Assembly: GCA_021161255.1 (NCBI GenBank) | Contig: JAGHAZ010000025.1 | Span: 216-64,215 of the forward strand | Length of the DNA: 64,000 bases | Reading direction: 5' to 3' | Source of the DNA: Candidatus Bathyarchaeota archaeon | Lineage (GTDB): Archaea; Thermoproteota; CALKCG01; B24 | In this document: positions 19,862-29,612 of the stretch, one piece after another | Position numbering within the stretch: position 1 is the first letter of the stretch | Layout: every line of letters begins with the position of its first letter | Notes under the pieces: model-generated | Told to the model about the DNA's origin: nothing | What the model saw: the letters and a program-made list of their open reading frames with translations, nothing else | Database searches by the model: none | Position numbers and translations under genes: made by a program

Positions 19862-21343
19862 TTATTTAAAGGTTAAAGAGGTCAGCGGGGAAGAAAATAG
19901 TTTTGTTAACACTGTCGGATAGATTCCCAGCAACACTGCCAGTACAGCTAGGACGAAGGTCGGCACAAGCAGAATCGAAGGAGCTTCATGAGGCTCTTTA
20001 GCGGTCTTTACTTCTTCGCCGTAGAAGGCCCTCTTAACGGTCCATAGGCCATAACCAGCTGATAGAATAGACGCCACGACTGCGAGACCAGTGATCGCAA
20101 GCCTGTAAACATCCAAGCTATAGCTTAACGCCGTATACACAGAGCCTAGAAATATATAGAGTTCACTCCAAAAACCTAGGGTCGGTGGAACCCCTGCGAG
20201 ACCCAGGAAGCTTATGAGAGTTGCTATAGCCGTGTAGGGCATCCGGCCAGCTAATCCGCCTAGTTCATTAAGATATTTAGTCTTAAGTTGACGTTGGAAT
20301 ATACCTGAGACCAAGAATAGAGAGGCTTTGCAGAGGCCGTGACCGATGTAGAGTAGTATAGCCCCTAAAACGCCGATGGTAGATGCACTTGCAACCCCAA
20401 ACAACATGTAACCCATCTGGCTTATGCTAGAATAGGCTAGAAGCCTCTTTAGATCGTCTTGAGCATACGCCATAAATCCTCCATAGACCATAGTTATAAA
20501 CGCTAGAACAGCCAAGACTATGGTGAAGGAATTCAGAGATAAAACCATTGGGAAACACGTGTATAATATTCTTATGGCCCCGTATCCACCTATACCGGTC
20601 ATCGCAGACGACATTAAGGCGCTTATAGGAGTTGAAGCTTCGACATAGGTGTCTGGGAGCCAGGTGTGTAGCGGAAAAATAGCCATCTTGATGAAGAAGC
20701 CCAAGAGGAAAATCGATACCACTGTAACGAGTAAGTTTACATCTACGGACCCCATACCCGAGGCGACTTCGAACATATCAAACGTACCAGAAAGAGTCCC
20801 CGTGATCGCGATAGCGGCTAACACCGATAATGCTCCGGCTTCTGTGAAGATGAAATATTTAAACGCCGCTCTAACCCGGTCGCCTGTACCCCAACCGGCT
20901 ATAAGCGCCCACGACGGTATCAGCATAAGCTCGAAGAATATGAAAAAGAACACTAAGTTAGATGACAGAACCGTTCCTATCATCCCGGCCTCATAGAGCA
21001 GATAGAGAGCAAAATATCCATCTAAAACCTTTTCACCACGCATATAACCGATCGAATATACTGCGATTATCGAAGAGAGCAATGCGATGGTCAACGCTAT
21101 GGGAGCACTTACCCCATCTGCGACAAGGCTGAACAGGCCGATTAAGGGCACTGAGGTGTAATGCTCGACGACTATGCCGCCCTCATAGACTTTCAGAGCC
21201 GCAACCAAGAGGAGCCACGTGACATACAGAGATGCGGCGAAGACTATCCATCCAGTCTTCTCCTTGAGAGTTTTACCGGTAGCTAACGCTATAGCTGAAG
21301 CAGCAACCGGTACCATAATAGATTGTAATAATACCAGGTTCAC
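19862..21343 (-). CDS. Complex I antiporter-like subunit (NuoM/NuoN / MrpD family)
   Basis: 493-aa protein with 14 or more TM helices. Motif FFELMLIPSW..IAGWG resembles the NuoM FE..LIPMY...WG signature. Confidence 0.7.
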   Translation of the reverse strand: MNLVLLQSIMVPVAASAIALATGKTLKEKTGWIVFAASLYVTWLLLVAALKVYEGGIVVEHYTSVPLIGLFSLVADGVSAPIALTIALLSSIIAVYSIGYMRGEKVLDGYFALYLLYEAGMIGTVLSSNLVFFFIFFELMLIPSWALIAGWGTGDRVRAAFKYFIFTEAGALSVLAAIAITGTLSGTFDMFEVASGMGSVDVNLLVTVVSIFLLGFFIKMAIFPLHTWLPDTYVEASTPISALMSSAMTGIGGYGAIRILYTCFPMVLSLNSFTIVLAVLAFITMVYGGFMAYAQDDLKRLLAYSSISQMGYMLFGVASASTIGVLGAILLYIGHGLCKASLFLVSGIFQRQLKTKYLNELGGLAGRMPYTAIATLISFLGLAGVPPTLGFWSELYIFLGSVYTALSYSLDVYRLAITGLAVVASILSAGYGLWTVKRAFYGEEVKTAKEPHEAPSILLVPTFVLAVLAVLLGIYPTVLTKLFSSPLTSLTFK

Positions 21344-23388
21344 GCCAAAACCCCCATAAGCAGGTCCATCAACAACAAGATGAAAACTATTAAAATCCCT
21401 AAAACCATGCTTAAGACGTTATAACTTAGTATACCTGTGTGAGTTTTTCTGAAGCTTCCTGAAAGAGCTAAGACCTTAGAAGCCACAAAATAGTTGAAGC
21501 CGTCGAAAATAGGTCTTTCAACGTTCTCGAAGAACCACCGTGATACGGAGACCGGTATAGAGACAAACAGGAAGTAGTATAGCCGGTTTATATACCACCT
21601 CTTTAAGAAGAAGCTTCTAAGGGCAGATAACCAAGGCCTATTCTTCAAGAGGCTTTCAGGGGACGGCTTCCGACGCACATACACGAGATAGGCGGCATAA
21701 CCTCCGATCACTAACATCGCTAGGCTAGAGATCAAAGTCGCAACCATCGCAGATGAATCATATGAGTTCGGGTAGCCGCGAACCAGTTTAAGAGAGAACC
21801 CTAGATATTCATGGAACGTCGACTCTAACCAGTCCTTAACGAGGAACCCTACCACACCTAATCCGATGGAAATAGCCGTCAAAATGGCATATGGGACAAG
21901 CATAATCAAGGGGGCTTCATGAGGCTTCACTTCACTTCTTCTATCGCCCATAAAGACCAGACCAAGCATCCTAACGGTGTAGAAGCATGTAATCCCAGCG
22001 GTACCGACACCTATGATAAATAGGAGAGGCTCACCTGCCGCTAAAGAGGCTTCGAGTATCATGTCTTTACTCCAAAAGCCGCTGAATAAGAGCGGTACAC
22101 CCATTAGCGAGAAGGCCGCTAGAATCATGAATATGAAGGTCTTAGGCATGTATTCTCTAAGCCCACCCATGTGATAAAGGAACCTGGAGTGAACCGCATG
22201 CAGTATCGCACCGGCTGCCAAGAAGAGAGCGGCTTTAAAGAGAGCGTGGCTGATCAGGTGGAATATGCTTCCGGCATAACCTAACACAAAGTTAGCGGTT
22301 AAACCAGCGACCCCGAGCCCAAGCATCATGTAACCGATCTGGCTCACTGTCGAATATGCTAAAACCTTCTTTAGCTCCGTAGAAGTCGATGCTTGAGTGG
22401 CCGCTACGAAAGCGGTGATAGCGCCTGTCCAAGCCACAGCGTAAAAGAACTCTATCAATTGGTTAGGTGAGCCACCGCTCCAAGCCGCATTGTAAATTAT
22501 GGGAAACATCCTAGCGATCAGGTACACTCCGGCTTTTACCATGGTAGCAGCGTGTATGAGCGCGCTAACAGTGGTAGGGCCTGCCATGGCATCGGGAAGC
22601 CACTCCATAAGAGGCAACTGAGCTGATTTACCTATAGGTCCACCTAGCAACAGAAGGCTTGCTAGAAGCAGAATAGATACCGGGACTGTTTTAACAGCAG
22701 TCTCCAATTTTAGAAATTCTAGCGTTCCGGTGTAAGCAAGAATTATCAACAACCCAAGTATCATAAATAGGTCTCCAAATTTTGTGAACATGAAGGCTTT
22801 AAGACCGCAGTGAGAGGGGGGATATGCTTCCTTCCCCTCACCCACCCAGCATTTAAGCCAATCCTTCTTAGAGTCGCGGTACCAGAACCCTATCAATGCA
22901 TAGCTACATAGCCCTACACCTTCCCATCCGAAGAGCATTTGGATGAGGTTATCGGATAAAACGAGCAGAAGCATATTCCCTATGAAGAAGTTCATGAAGA
23001 ACCAGTATCGGGTTAATCCCTCTTCACCATGCATGTATCCTAGTGAGTAAACCATTATCAGGAAGCTTATGAAAGCGACCACATTAGCCATTATTATGCT
23101 GAGCGGGTCTAAGAGCACCCCAGCTTTAAGCTCCCTAAGCACCGGTACACCAGGAGCCTCTACCCAAGATACCTGACTGTGTAAAGGAAGTTCTTCAACG
23201 TGATAGAATAACAGCGGTAGAAGCATTAGAGCCATCAGAGTAGCGGCTAAAGAGAACGCAACTGCGCCGTAATCCCTCACCTTATCACCGACCTTGGCTA
23301 AAAGAGGAGTTATCAAAGCACCCACTATAGGGGTTATCCAGCAAAGCCATGCGAGATTCACGTATAATTGAAGAGAACCATCGACCAT
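21340..23388 (-). CDS. nuoL: Complex I subunit NuoL-like (MrpA-like) with a long C-terminal extension
   Basis: 682 aa. NuoL signature GWEGVGLCSYALIGFWY. The extra C-terminal length is consistent with the lateral helix. Confidence 0.75.
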   Translation of the reverse strand: MVDGSLQLYVNLAWLCWITPIVGALITPLLAKVGDKVRDYGAVAFSLAATLMALMLLPLLFYHVEELPLHSQVSWVEAPGVPVLRELKAGVLLDPLSIIMANVVAFISFLIMVYSLGYMHGEEGLTRYWFFMNFFIGNMLLLVLSDNLIQMLFGWEGVGLCSYALIGFWYRDSKKDWLKCWVGEGKEAYPPSHCGLKAFMFTKFGDLFMILGLLIILAYTGTLEFLKLETAVKTVPVSILLLASLLLLGGPIGKSAQLPLMEWLPDAMAGPTTVSALIHAATMVKAGVYLIARMFPIIYNAAWSGGSPNQLIEFFYAVAWTGAITAFVAATQASTSTELKKVLAYSTVSQIGYMMLGLGVAGLTANFVLGYAGSIFHLISHALFKAALFLAAGAILHAVHSRFLYHMGGLREYMPKTFIFMILAAFSLMGVPLLFSGFWSKDMILEASLAAGEPLLFIIGVGTAGITCFYTVRMLGLVFMGDRRSEVKPHEAPLIMLVPYAILTAISIGLGVVGFLVKDWLESTFHEYLGFSLKLVRGYPNSYDSSAMVATLISSLAMLVIGGYAAYLVYVRRKPSPESLLKNRPWLSALRSFFLKRWYINRLYYFLFVSIPVSVSRWFFENVERPIFDGFNYFVASKVLALSGSFRKTHTGILSYNVLSMVLGILIVFILLLMDLLMGVLA

Positions 23389-23390
23389 CG

Positions 23391-24983
23391 TTAACCACCT
23401 CCTATAAGAGCTAGAACAGAAACCTTAGCTATGGACATTATCCATGGAATTAAAAACGTCAGGACTATGCATAGTGAAGCCAGTATCACGACTGGAGCTA
23501 CCATAGACGAGGGGGCTTCGTGCGCCTTCTCGGCAGCGGAGCCGAGCTTGCCAAACATAATTCTTTGCATAAGCCAGAGATAATATCCAGCGGCATAGAT
23601 GCTATTCGCGATTATTATAGCTGTGGAGACCAGAAGAAACAGGTCTTGAAAGTATCCTAGCCCACCCCATATAATCATGAGTTTGCTCCAGAAACCTGCT
23701 AAAGGGGGAACCCCAGCCAGATGGAGCAGACCTATAGAAGACGAAATGCCAGTCAAAGGCATTTTACGACCGATACCTTCGAGCTTAACTAGGTCTCTTG
23801 TTTTAGCCTCGTGAACGATGCAACCAGAGGAGAGGAAGAGGAGAGCCTTACCCACTGCGTGATTCAATATATGTAACACAGCTCCGGATGCAGCGATGAG
23901 AGCCAAGCTATAGCTCTGGCTAGGATAATGATACAGTAGGTAAGCAGCTATACCTAATCCGGAGGCTATATAACCCATGTTTACTATACTTGAAAAGGCT
24001 AGGAAACGTTTAAGGTCTCTCTGCCTTAGAACCATAATGTTTGCAATAGTTATCGTAAGAACACCGAGGATTATCATGACGAAACCGTAGTCCACTATTG
24101 GAATCGAATGGACAGTCACGCCAATAGCCACGCCTGAAGGTATTGTACTAAAGACCGTAAATAAAATGCGGGCCAAAGCGTATATTCCAGTTTTTATAAC
24201 CACACCCGATAGCATAGCGCTTATAGAAGCTGGGGCCGCCGGGTGCGCATCAGGTAGCCACGTATGAAACGGTGCTAAGGCCGCGGTAACGGCGAAGCCG
24301 CATATTATAAGCCCCGCAGCGAGGTAGAGATATAGCGTAAGCGAGAAGTCTAACTTATACTGGATTAATACGAGCTTAGCTGCTATCTCATGCATGTTAA
24401 CTGTTTTAAAGCACCCGTATATCAGCGATATACCGTATAATGCGATTAAAGAGCCTATTGTGCTCATGACTAAATATTTGAAACCAGCCTCCACAGCCTC
24501 CCATCTGTATTTTCTAAACGAAACTAGTGAATAGGAGCTTATACACATGAGCTCCCAGAAAACATAAAGGTTGAAAAGGTCTCCTGCGAACGCTACCCCA
24601 ACCATACCTGCTATAAGCGTGAGCAGTAGGCCATAGTATTTGTCAAGCCCTGTATCTACCTCCATATAGCGGTAAGAGAATATAGCGACTAAAAGACCGA
24701 TACCGCAGAAAATAATCGACATATATATGCTAAATCTATCGATGTAAAACTGAACACCAAATGGTAAACCAAAACCTGAGAGAAATGCCTCTAGATACCC
24801 TCCCTTAGGAATTTGTCTGTATAACATGACAAGCAGAGCTAGAGAAAGAGTAAGCGAGCCCGTTACAAGGATCTCCTTCAGCCGTCTAAACCTGAGCTGG
24901 TCTTCCAGTATTTTTACTAGAGGCATGATGGCTGCCGATACTAAGAGGGTCATTATTGGAAGCGTGATAGACTGAATAGGCAT
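23391..24983 (-). CDS. Complex I antiporter-like subunit (NuoN/NuoM family)
   Basis: 530-aa polytopic protein of the proton-conducting-membrane-transporter family. FNLYVFWELMCISSY resembles the NuoN motif. Confidence 0.7.
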   Translation of the reverse strand: MPIQSITLPIMTLLVSAAIMPLVKILEDQLRFRRLKEILVTGSLTLSLALLVMLYRQIPKGGYLEAFLSGFGLPFGVQFYIDRFSIYMSIIFCGIGLLVAIFSYRYMEVDTGLDKYYGLLLTLIAGMVGVAFAGDLFNLYVFWELMCISSYSLVSFRKYRWEAVEAGFKYLVMSTIGSLIALYGISLIYGCFKTVNMHEIAAKLVLIQYKLDFSLTLYLYLAAGLIICGFAVTAALAPFHTWLPDAHPAAPASISAMLSGVVIKTGIYALARILFTVFSTIPSGVAIGVTVHSIPIVDYGFVMIILGVLTITIANIMVLRQRDLKRFLAFSSIVNMGYIASGLGIAAYLLYHYPSQSYSLALIAASGAVLHILNHAVGKALLFLSSGCIVHEAKTRDLVKLEGIGRKMPLTGISSSIGLLHLAGVPPLAGFWSKLMIIWGGLGYFQDLFLLVSTAIIIANSIYAAGYYLWLMQRIMFGKLGSAAEKAHEAPSSMVAPVVILASLCIVLTFLIPWIMSIAKVSVLALIGGG

Positions 24984-24986
24984 CTT

Positions 24987-25307
24987 CTACCACCTCAACC
25001 GCCTAAGCTTCCGGACATCGGTCGTTCCATAGTGACGGAAAACGTTGACTATAAGAGCCAAAGCGACAGCGGCTAGGCAAGCACCGATCGCCATCGACAT
25101 CACAGCCATAGACTGAGCCAAGGCGTCGATACCAGACCTACCCAACCCCATGACCAAGAAGTTCAAGTTTATGGCAGAGGCCATTATTTCTATTCCGAGG
25201 ATTATCCTAAGAAGCTCCCTCTTAGAGATTATGCAGTATAAACCCACGGCGATCAACAGAACTACAGTAGCCATATAAACAGTTTGAACCTGGGCTACAC
25301 CATCCAT
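24987..25307 (-). CDS. nuoK: Complex I subunit NuoK (ND4L)
   Basis: 106 aa with 3 TM helices. LRIILGIEIMASAINLNFL matches the NuoK signature (L.I.L..E.M.NA.NL.F). Confidence 0.75.
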   Translation of the reverse strand: MDGVAQVQTVYMATVVLLIAVGLYCIISKRELLRIILGIEIMASAINLNFLVMGLGRSGIDALAQSMAVMSMAIGACLAAVALALIVNVFRHYGTTDVRKLRRLRW

Positions 25308-25310
25308 GGC

Positions 25311-25610
25311 TTAACCCTCCTTTTCCTCCTCAATCACAGGTTCCTCCTCTACACCTGGGCCTTCATCCTCTCTCAAAAGAGCCGCGACACCTAGGACGGT
25401 CGCCAAAAGTAGGAAACCTTGAGCCAGCGTATCTAAACCTCTGTAGGTCCATAGAAAGAACGGGCATTTTTCAAGAGTAAGCGGCGGCGCATATTTCATA
25501 GAAGAAAAGAACTTCACCATACCGCTTGAAAAGATAGTTAGGATTATAACTAATATGGTAATTATGAGGATCGTGAAGACTTCGAATGCTCTATCTTCTT
25601 GGATACTCAT
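25311..25610 (-). CDS. NuoJ C-terminal portion-like small membrane protein (split nuoJ, J2)
   Basis: 99 aa with 2 TM helices plus an acidic tail. Lies between nuoJ1 and nuoK, as in archaeal split fpoJ/nuoJ. Confidence 0.45.
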   Translation of the reverse strand: MSIQEDRAFEVFTILIITILVIILTIFSSGMVKFFSSMKYAPPLTLEKCPFFLWTYRGLDTLAQGFLLLATVLGVAALLREDEGPGVEEEPVIEEEKEG

Positions 25611-25864
25611 GTTTTCATCTTCCTCATAGTGTGTAAAGCCGCTACGAAGAGAACCGCTATAGCCCCGGCATATATGGCAAGCTGAAAAACGGAGACATAC
25701 GGAGCCCCAAGCATATAGAAGGCTATACTCAGAAAAACGCTCATAAGAATGAAGCCTATTAGGGCTCTTAAGATATCTTTAGCCTCGGTCGCTATCAATG
25801 CAGCTACGAGAATCGCCACCACCACAAGTATATGAACCACCATGGGTTCTATGATAGGCTCCAT
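25607..25864 (-). CDS. nuoJ: NuoJ N-terminal portion (ND6-like, J1)
   Basis: 85 aa. FQLAIYAGAIAVLFVAALH matches the NuoJ conserved helix (VQVLVYVGAIAVLFLFV). Confidence 0.6.
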   Translation of the reverse strand: MEPIIEPMVVHILVVVAILVAALIATEAKDILRALIGFILMSVFLSIAFYMLGAPYVSVFQLAIYAGAIAVLFVAALHTMRKMKT

Positions 25865-25866
25865 GG

Positions 25867-26829
25867 TTAGACCACCACCCTAACAAGTAGAAACTGCAAC
25901 ACAGATAGCGGTACTACGTATTTCCATAGAAAACTAACGGCCTCATCTATCCTAAGCCTCGCAAAGAGAGACTTTGACATCGACAATAGGAATAACACTA
26001 TAAATGATTTAAGCAGGAAGTATATCGGATGTAGAAGCCATTCTAAACCAGGTATAACAGGTCCTAAGGGTCCTCCTAAAAAGAGCGCAGCCGCTAAACC
26101 TGAGAGATAGAAGAGCTCTACATCCCCTGTTAAACGTAACAACGCCAATTTACGTCCTGAAAACTCGGTCAGCCATCCCGCCACTATCTCGGTTTCTGCC
26201 TCAGGTATGTCAAACGGAACCCGTTCAAGCTCAGCTTGAGCTGCTAAGAGGAATATAACAAAGCCTAGTATGTTGGGTCCTATGATCAGCCACCTAGTCT
26301 TCTGCGCCGCCACGGCCCCCGCTATGCTCAGAGAGCCGGTAGAGACAGCTACACTTGCTATCGAGAGCATGAAGGGGATCTCATAGCTTAAAAGCTGCAG
26401 CATCGTTCTCTCGGCGCCAACTATCGAGAAACGACTGGGAGACGAAAGGCCTGCGTAGAAGAGCGTTATGGATAGTATGGTCATCAGAGTTATGGCGACT
26501 ATTAAATCACCTTCAAATGATATGAGACCCCGGACACCTGTTATGGGTAAGAATAGGCCGCATGTTAACGCTATCGCAAGCGCGAAAACAGGTACGCTTC
26601 GGAATAAGGGTTTATCAGCGCCTTCAGGCGTTATATCTTCTTTAGACAATAATTTTATAAAATCTGCTAGAGGCTGGAGTATTCCAGAGGGGCCTGTGAC
26701 CCATGGACCGACCCTGTTCTGGAACCTAGCATACAGTTTGCGGTCGATCCACTCGTAGAAGAGGGCTACAAATATCAAGAAGACGAAGCCGGGGAATAGG
26801 AGAAGACTCAACAAGTAGAGGAGCCACAT
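25867..26829 (-). CDS. nuoH: Complex I subunit NuoH (ND1)
   Basis: 320 aa. Motifs RKLYARFQNRVGPW and GILQPLADFIKLL match the NuoH/ND1 signature (GP..G.LQP.AD..KL). Confidence 0.85.
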   Translation of the reverse strand: MWLLYLLSLLLFPGFVFLIFVALFYEWIDRKLYARFQNRVGPWVTGPSGILQPLADFIKLLSKEDITPEGADKPLFRSVPVFALAIALTCGLFLPITGVRGLISFEGDLIVAITLMTILSITLFYAGLSSPSRFSIVGAERTMLQLLSYEIPFMLSIASVAVSTGSLSIAGAVAAQKTRWLIIGPNILGFVIFLLAAQAELERVPFDIPEAETEIVAGWLTEFSGRKLALLRLTGDVELFYLSGLAAALFLGGPLGPVIPGLEWLLHPIYFLLKSFIVLFLLSMSKSLFARLRIDEAVSFLWKYVVPLSVLQFLLVRVVV

Positions 26830-26948
26830 AGACGTTAACCTCGTTAAGAGCGCAGGCGCCGCTCGGTAAGGTTATGTAGGTGAGGGTCTTCGACGCGATA
26901 AATGTTTCTTCTAACCACAGCATATACGTCGGTTCTTAGCATGGCTCA

Positions 26949-27320
26949 TCATCTCCAGGTCAAAGTAACTAAAGCGATCAGCAGCAACATGCCGTATATA
27001 AGGATAAGTTCCCTCAAGGGACTTACCAGGGGAGTACCCATACTAAGTATGAACAGGAAGGAAGCCACATCGACTACCACGAAGGCCATAGCGAACTTAT
27101 AGAGCCAGATGGTCATCGGGACGCGTTCAGGGGGGACCTCTTGCCCACAAGCATAGGGTTGATATTTCGCCTTGCTGGAGGACTTGGGCTTGGGAGCTAT
27201 CGATCCTCCTATGGCGTATAAGATGCCTGCTATCACGAGCGATGCTACGAACGCTATTACCGGCGCCCCCAACAATCCCTCTATGGACATATCCATATAG
27301 AGGAAAAAACGATTGTTCAT
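26949..27320 (-). CDS. nuoA: Complex I subunit NuoA (ND3)
   Basis: 123 aa with 3 TM helices. YACGQE matches the NuoA Y(E/A)CG motif. Confidence 0.7.
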   Translation of the reverse strand: MNNRFFLYMDMSIEGLLGAPVIAFVASLVIAGILYAIGGSIAPKPKSSSKAKYQPYACGQEVPPERVPMTIWLYKFAMAFVVVDVASFLFILSMGTPLVSPLRELILIYGMLLLIALVTLTWR

Positions 27321-27386
27321 TTAAGATTTTCCCTCTCGTTAAACTTTTCTAACTGCGGCTATCGATTTAGTCTATGGTGTTTCACC

Positions 27387-28448
27387 GTGGCGGGTAAAGG
27401 GCTTAAGGTGTTCGGGCATTTGCTTAGAGACGTTGTGAAGCCGGACCTTTGTACGTTCTGCGGAGCCTGTGTGACAGTCTGCCCGGTCCGAGCCATTGAC
27501 GTAAAGGACGACCGTCCCGTTTTAGCCGGTAGATGCATTCTATGCCAATTATGTTACAACCAATGTCCTAAGACAGAGCCGAGCATCGACCAGCTTGAGA
27601 AGATCTTCTTCGGCCTAGAGAACTCGGGAGAATCTTCTATAGGGCCTTACAGAGCGGTTTATACTGCGAAGGCTACGGATGAGAGGATCAGGTCGATGGC
27701 TGCGTCCGGAGGTGTCGTGACGGCTTTATTAAAATTTCTCCTAGACGAAGGTATGGTGGACTGCGCCACGGTTGCCGTAGCCGATGTCGAGACCGGATGG
27801 AAGCCTCGACCCGAGGTTGTGTTTACAGGAGATGACGTTTTGAAAGCTGCAGGTTCTAAATATACGTATTGCCCGATGCTCTTGGCTTTAGGCTCTGCAT
27901 ACTTCGAATATGCACGCGATAGAGTAGCGTTTGTAGGAACACCATGCCAAGTGACAGCGGTTAGGAAGATGCAGTTGACAGATATGGGATATCGTAAGCT
28001 AGGCTTAGCCGCCAATTATGTGATCGGGTTGTTCTGTATGGAGAACTTCGACTATAGCCTCATAACAGAGTTCCTACCTAGCAAAGGTGTCGACTTGAAG
28101 AGTGTGTCTAAATTCGATATATCAGGAGGCGCGTTTAAGGTCTACGACAGCGATGGGAAGGAGCTTTTATCGGTTAAGGTCAAGGAGTTAGAAAGATATT
28201 CAAGAAAGGGTTGTATGGTATGTCCAGACCTGACGGCCGAGCTAGCGGATATATCGGTCGGGAGTATAGGCTCTCCGAAGGGCATGTCTACGGTGATCGT
28301 GAGAACCGGTAAAGGTGAAGAGTTGTTCAACCAAGCCGTTGAAAGAGGTGTTTTAAAGGCTGAGAAGATTAGCGATAAAGGTCTTAGCCTTCTCATGAAG
28401 ATCGCTGAACGTAAACGTAAGAGAAGTTTTAAAGCGAAAAGTGTTTAA
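27387..28448 (+). CDS. FpoF/FqoF/FrhB-family flavin (F420/FAD)-binding iron-sulfur protein with an N-terminal 2x[4Fe-4S] ferredoxin domain
   Basis: Two CxxCxxCxxxCP motifs (CTFCGACVTVCP, CILCQLCYNQCP) are followed by an about 280-aa FrhB-like domain. Divergent from nuoA. Confidence 0.6.
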   Translation: MAGKGLKVFGHLLRDVVKPDLCTFCGACVTVCPVRAIDVKDDRPVLAGRCILCQLCYNQCPKTEPSIDQLEKIFFGLENSGESSIGPYRAVYTAKATDERIRSMAASGGVVTALLKFLLDEGMVDCATVAVADVETGWKPRPEVVFTGDDVLKAAGSKYTYCPMLLALGSAYFEYARDRVAFVGTPCQVTAVRKMQLTDMGYRKLGLAANYVIGLFCMENFDYSLITEFLPSKGVDLKSVSKFDISGGAFKVYDSDGKELLSVKVKELERYSRKGCMVCPDLTAELADISVGSIGSPKGMSTVIVRTGKGEELFNQAVERGVLKAEKISDKGLSLLMKIAERKRKRSFKAKSV

Positions 28449-28485
28449 ATGGAAAGATTTAATACTTCCATGAAACTCTGTTTTT

Positions 28486-28899
28486 ATGATTATTATGCCT
28501 GAGCAGAGATTTAGAATATCCCCGACGGCTAGGGGCGCTATATTTAAGGTTAAACGCTGGTTCTACGGTGCGTTTTACAACAAGAAGATCCCGGAGGATG
28601 TCAGAGGGAAGAACAAGGAAGTCTGGGTTAAATTCGCGAATAGACTTGTGGAGGAAGTGAGTAAACGAGGTGTAAGCGACCAACCGACTAGGATAACCGT
28701 AACCTACGACATCGGCTCCCGAGGGGAGTTTAAACCGATATCCGCGACCATAGAAGTTCTCGAAGTTAAGACCAAAGACAAGTTCACCATATACTCAGAC
28801 GACGCCCTAGAAAACCTCAAATCTAGACTCGAGAATCTCAAGAAGAGAGCGGAAGAGCTAGGTGTAAGCATAGACGAACTCTTGGAAGCTGAAAAATAG
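28486..28899 (+). CDS. Hypothetical protein (137 aa, charged, C-terminal coiled coil)
   Basis: Codon usage and charge composition are gene-like, with no recognisable motif. Overlapping antisense ORFs look spurious. Confidence 0.4.
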   Translation: MIIMPEQRFRISPTARGAIFKVKRWFYGAFYNKKIPEDVRGKNKEVWVKFANRLVEEVSKRGVSDQPTRITVTYDIGSRGEFKPISATIEVLEVKTKDKFTIYSDDALENLKSRLENLKKRAEELGVSIDELLEAEK

Positions 28900-29015
28900 G
28901 CTATGTCGCCGTTTTGATAATACAGCTGACAAAAGACTGGGAAGACTACGAGCAGGAAAAACGTCTGCTTATGGAAAGCCTTAAGAATAACCGGGTTCCT
29001 CATCTCCTATGAGGG

Positions 29016-29612
29016 TTGGGGTCTAGTAGGAAATATGAGATTCATCCTATGAACGTTAAGGAGGCGTTGAAGGGGCTTCTGGACCTTTCTAGCCTCATGC
29101 TCGACCTAGCCTATGCGTCGGTCATATATGATAACAGCGAGCTGGCTAAACAGGTTGTAGATCTTGAAGCTAGTATAAACGAGCTCAGAGACGCGGTATT
29201 GGTTCATATGAGCGTGGCTGTTAGAAGCATGTCCGATGCGGAGAGGAGCTTATCGGTTTTCAGAGCCGCCGATATAGCGAGTATGATGGCTTACGAGGCA
29301 GTCGAAGTGGCTCGAATGGTCTTGAGAGGGTTAAGACTGCATCCGAAGCTTAGAGAAGGTCTCATGGAGGCTGAAGAGAGCGTCGACATAGTTCGAGTCA
29401 GTGATGGAAGCGTATTCGAGGGATTGACGATCGAGGAGATGCTGATGATAAGCGGCGTAGGATTCAACGTCATAGCTATCAAAAGCGGCGATAGATGGAT
29501 CATAAATCCCGATGAAAGCCGTAGAATCATGCGAGATGAGGTTTTGGTCATCAGGGGGACTAGGGAAGCCTTGGAGCATTTAAGAAAGCTTGTGGAAGGT
29601 GACTTAGGATGA
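29016..29612 (+). CDS. PhoU-like domain plus TrkA-C (RCK_C) domain regulatory protein
   Basis: 198 aa. Helical PhoU-like N-terminal half plus a C-terminal RCK_C-like beta domain (VSDGSVFEGLTIEEM..NVIAIKSGDRWIINPD..DEVLVIRG). Confidence 0.55.
   Translation: MGSSRKYEIHPMNVKEALKGLLDLSSLMLDLAYASVIYDNSELAKQVVDLEASINELRDAVLVHMSVAVRSMSDAERSLSVFRAADIASMMAYEAVEVARMVLRGLRLHPKLREGLMEAEESVDIVRVSDGSVFEGLTIEEMLMISGVGFNVIAIKSGDRWIINPDESRRIMRDEVLVIRGTREALEHLRKLVEGDLG

Noticed and set aside
26726-26923. 65-aa minus-strand ORF in the nuoH-nuoA gap
   Set aside because: It overlaps the nuoH 5' end and the 119-bp intergenic region. It has no membrane or functional signature and is likely spurious. A missing small nuo subunit would be expected to be hydrophobic.
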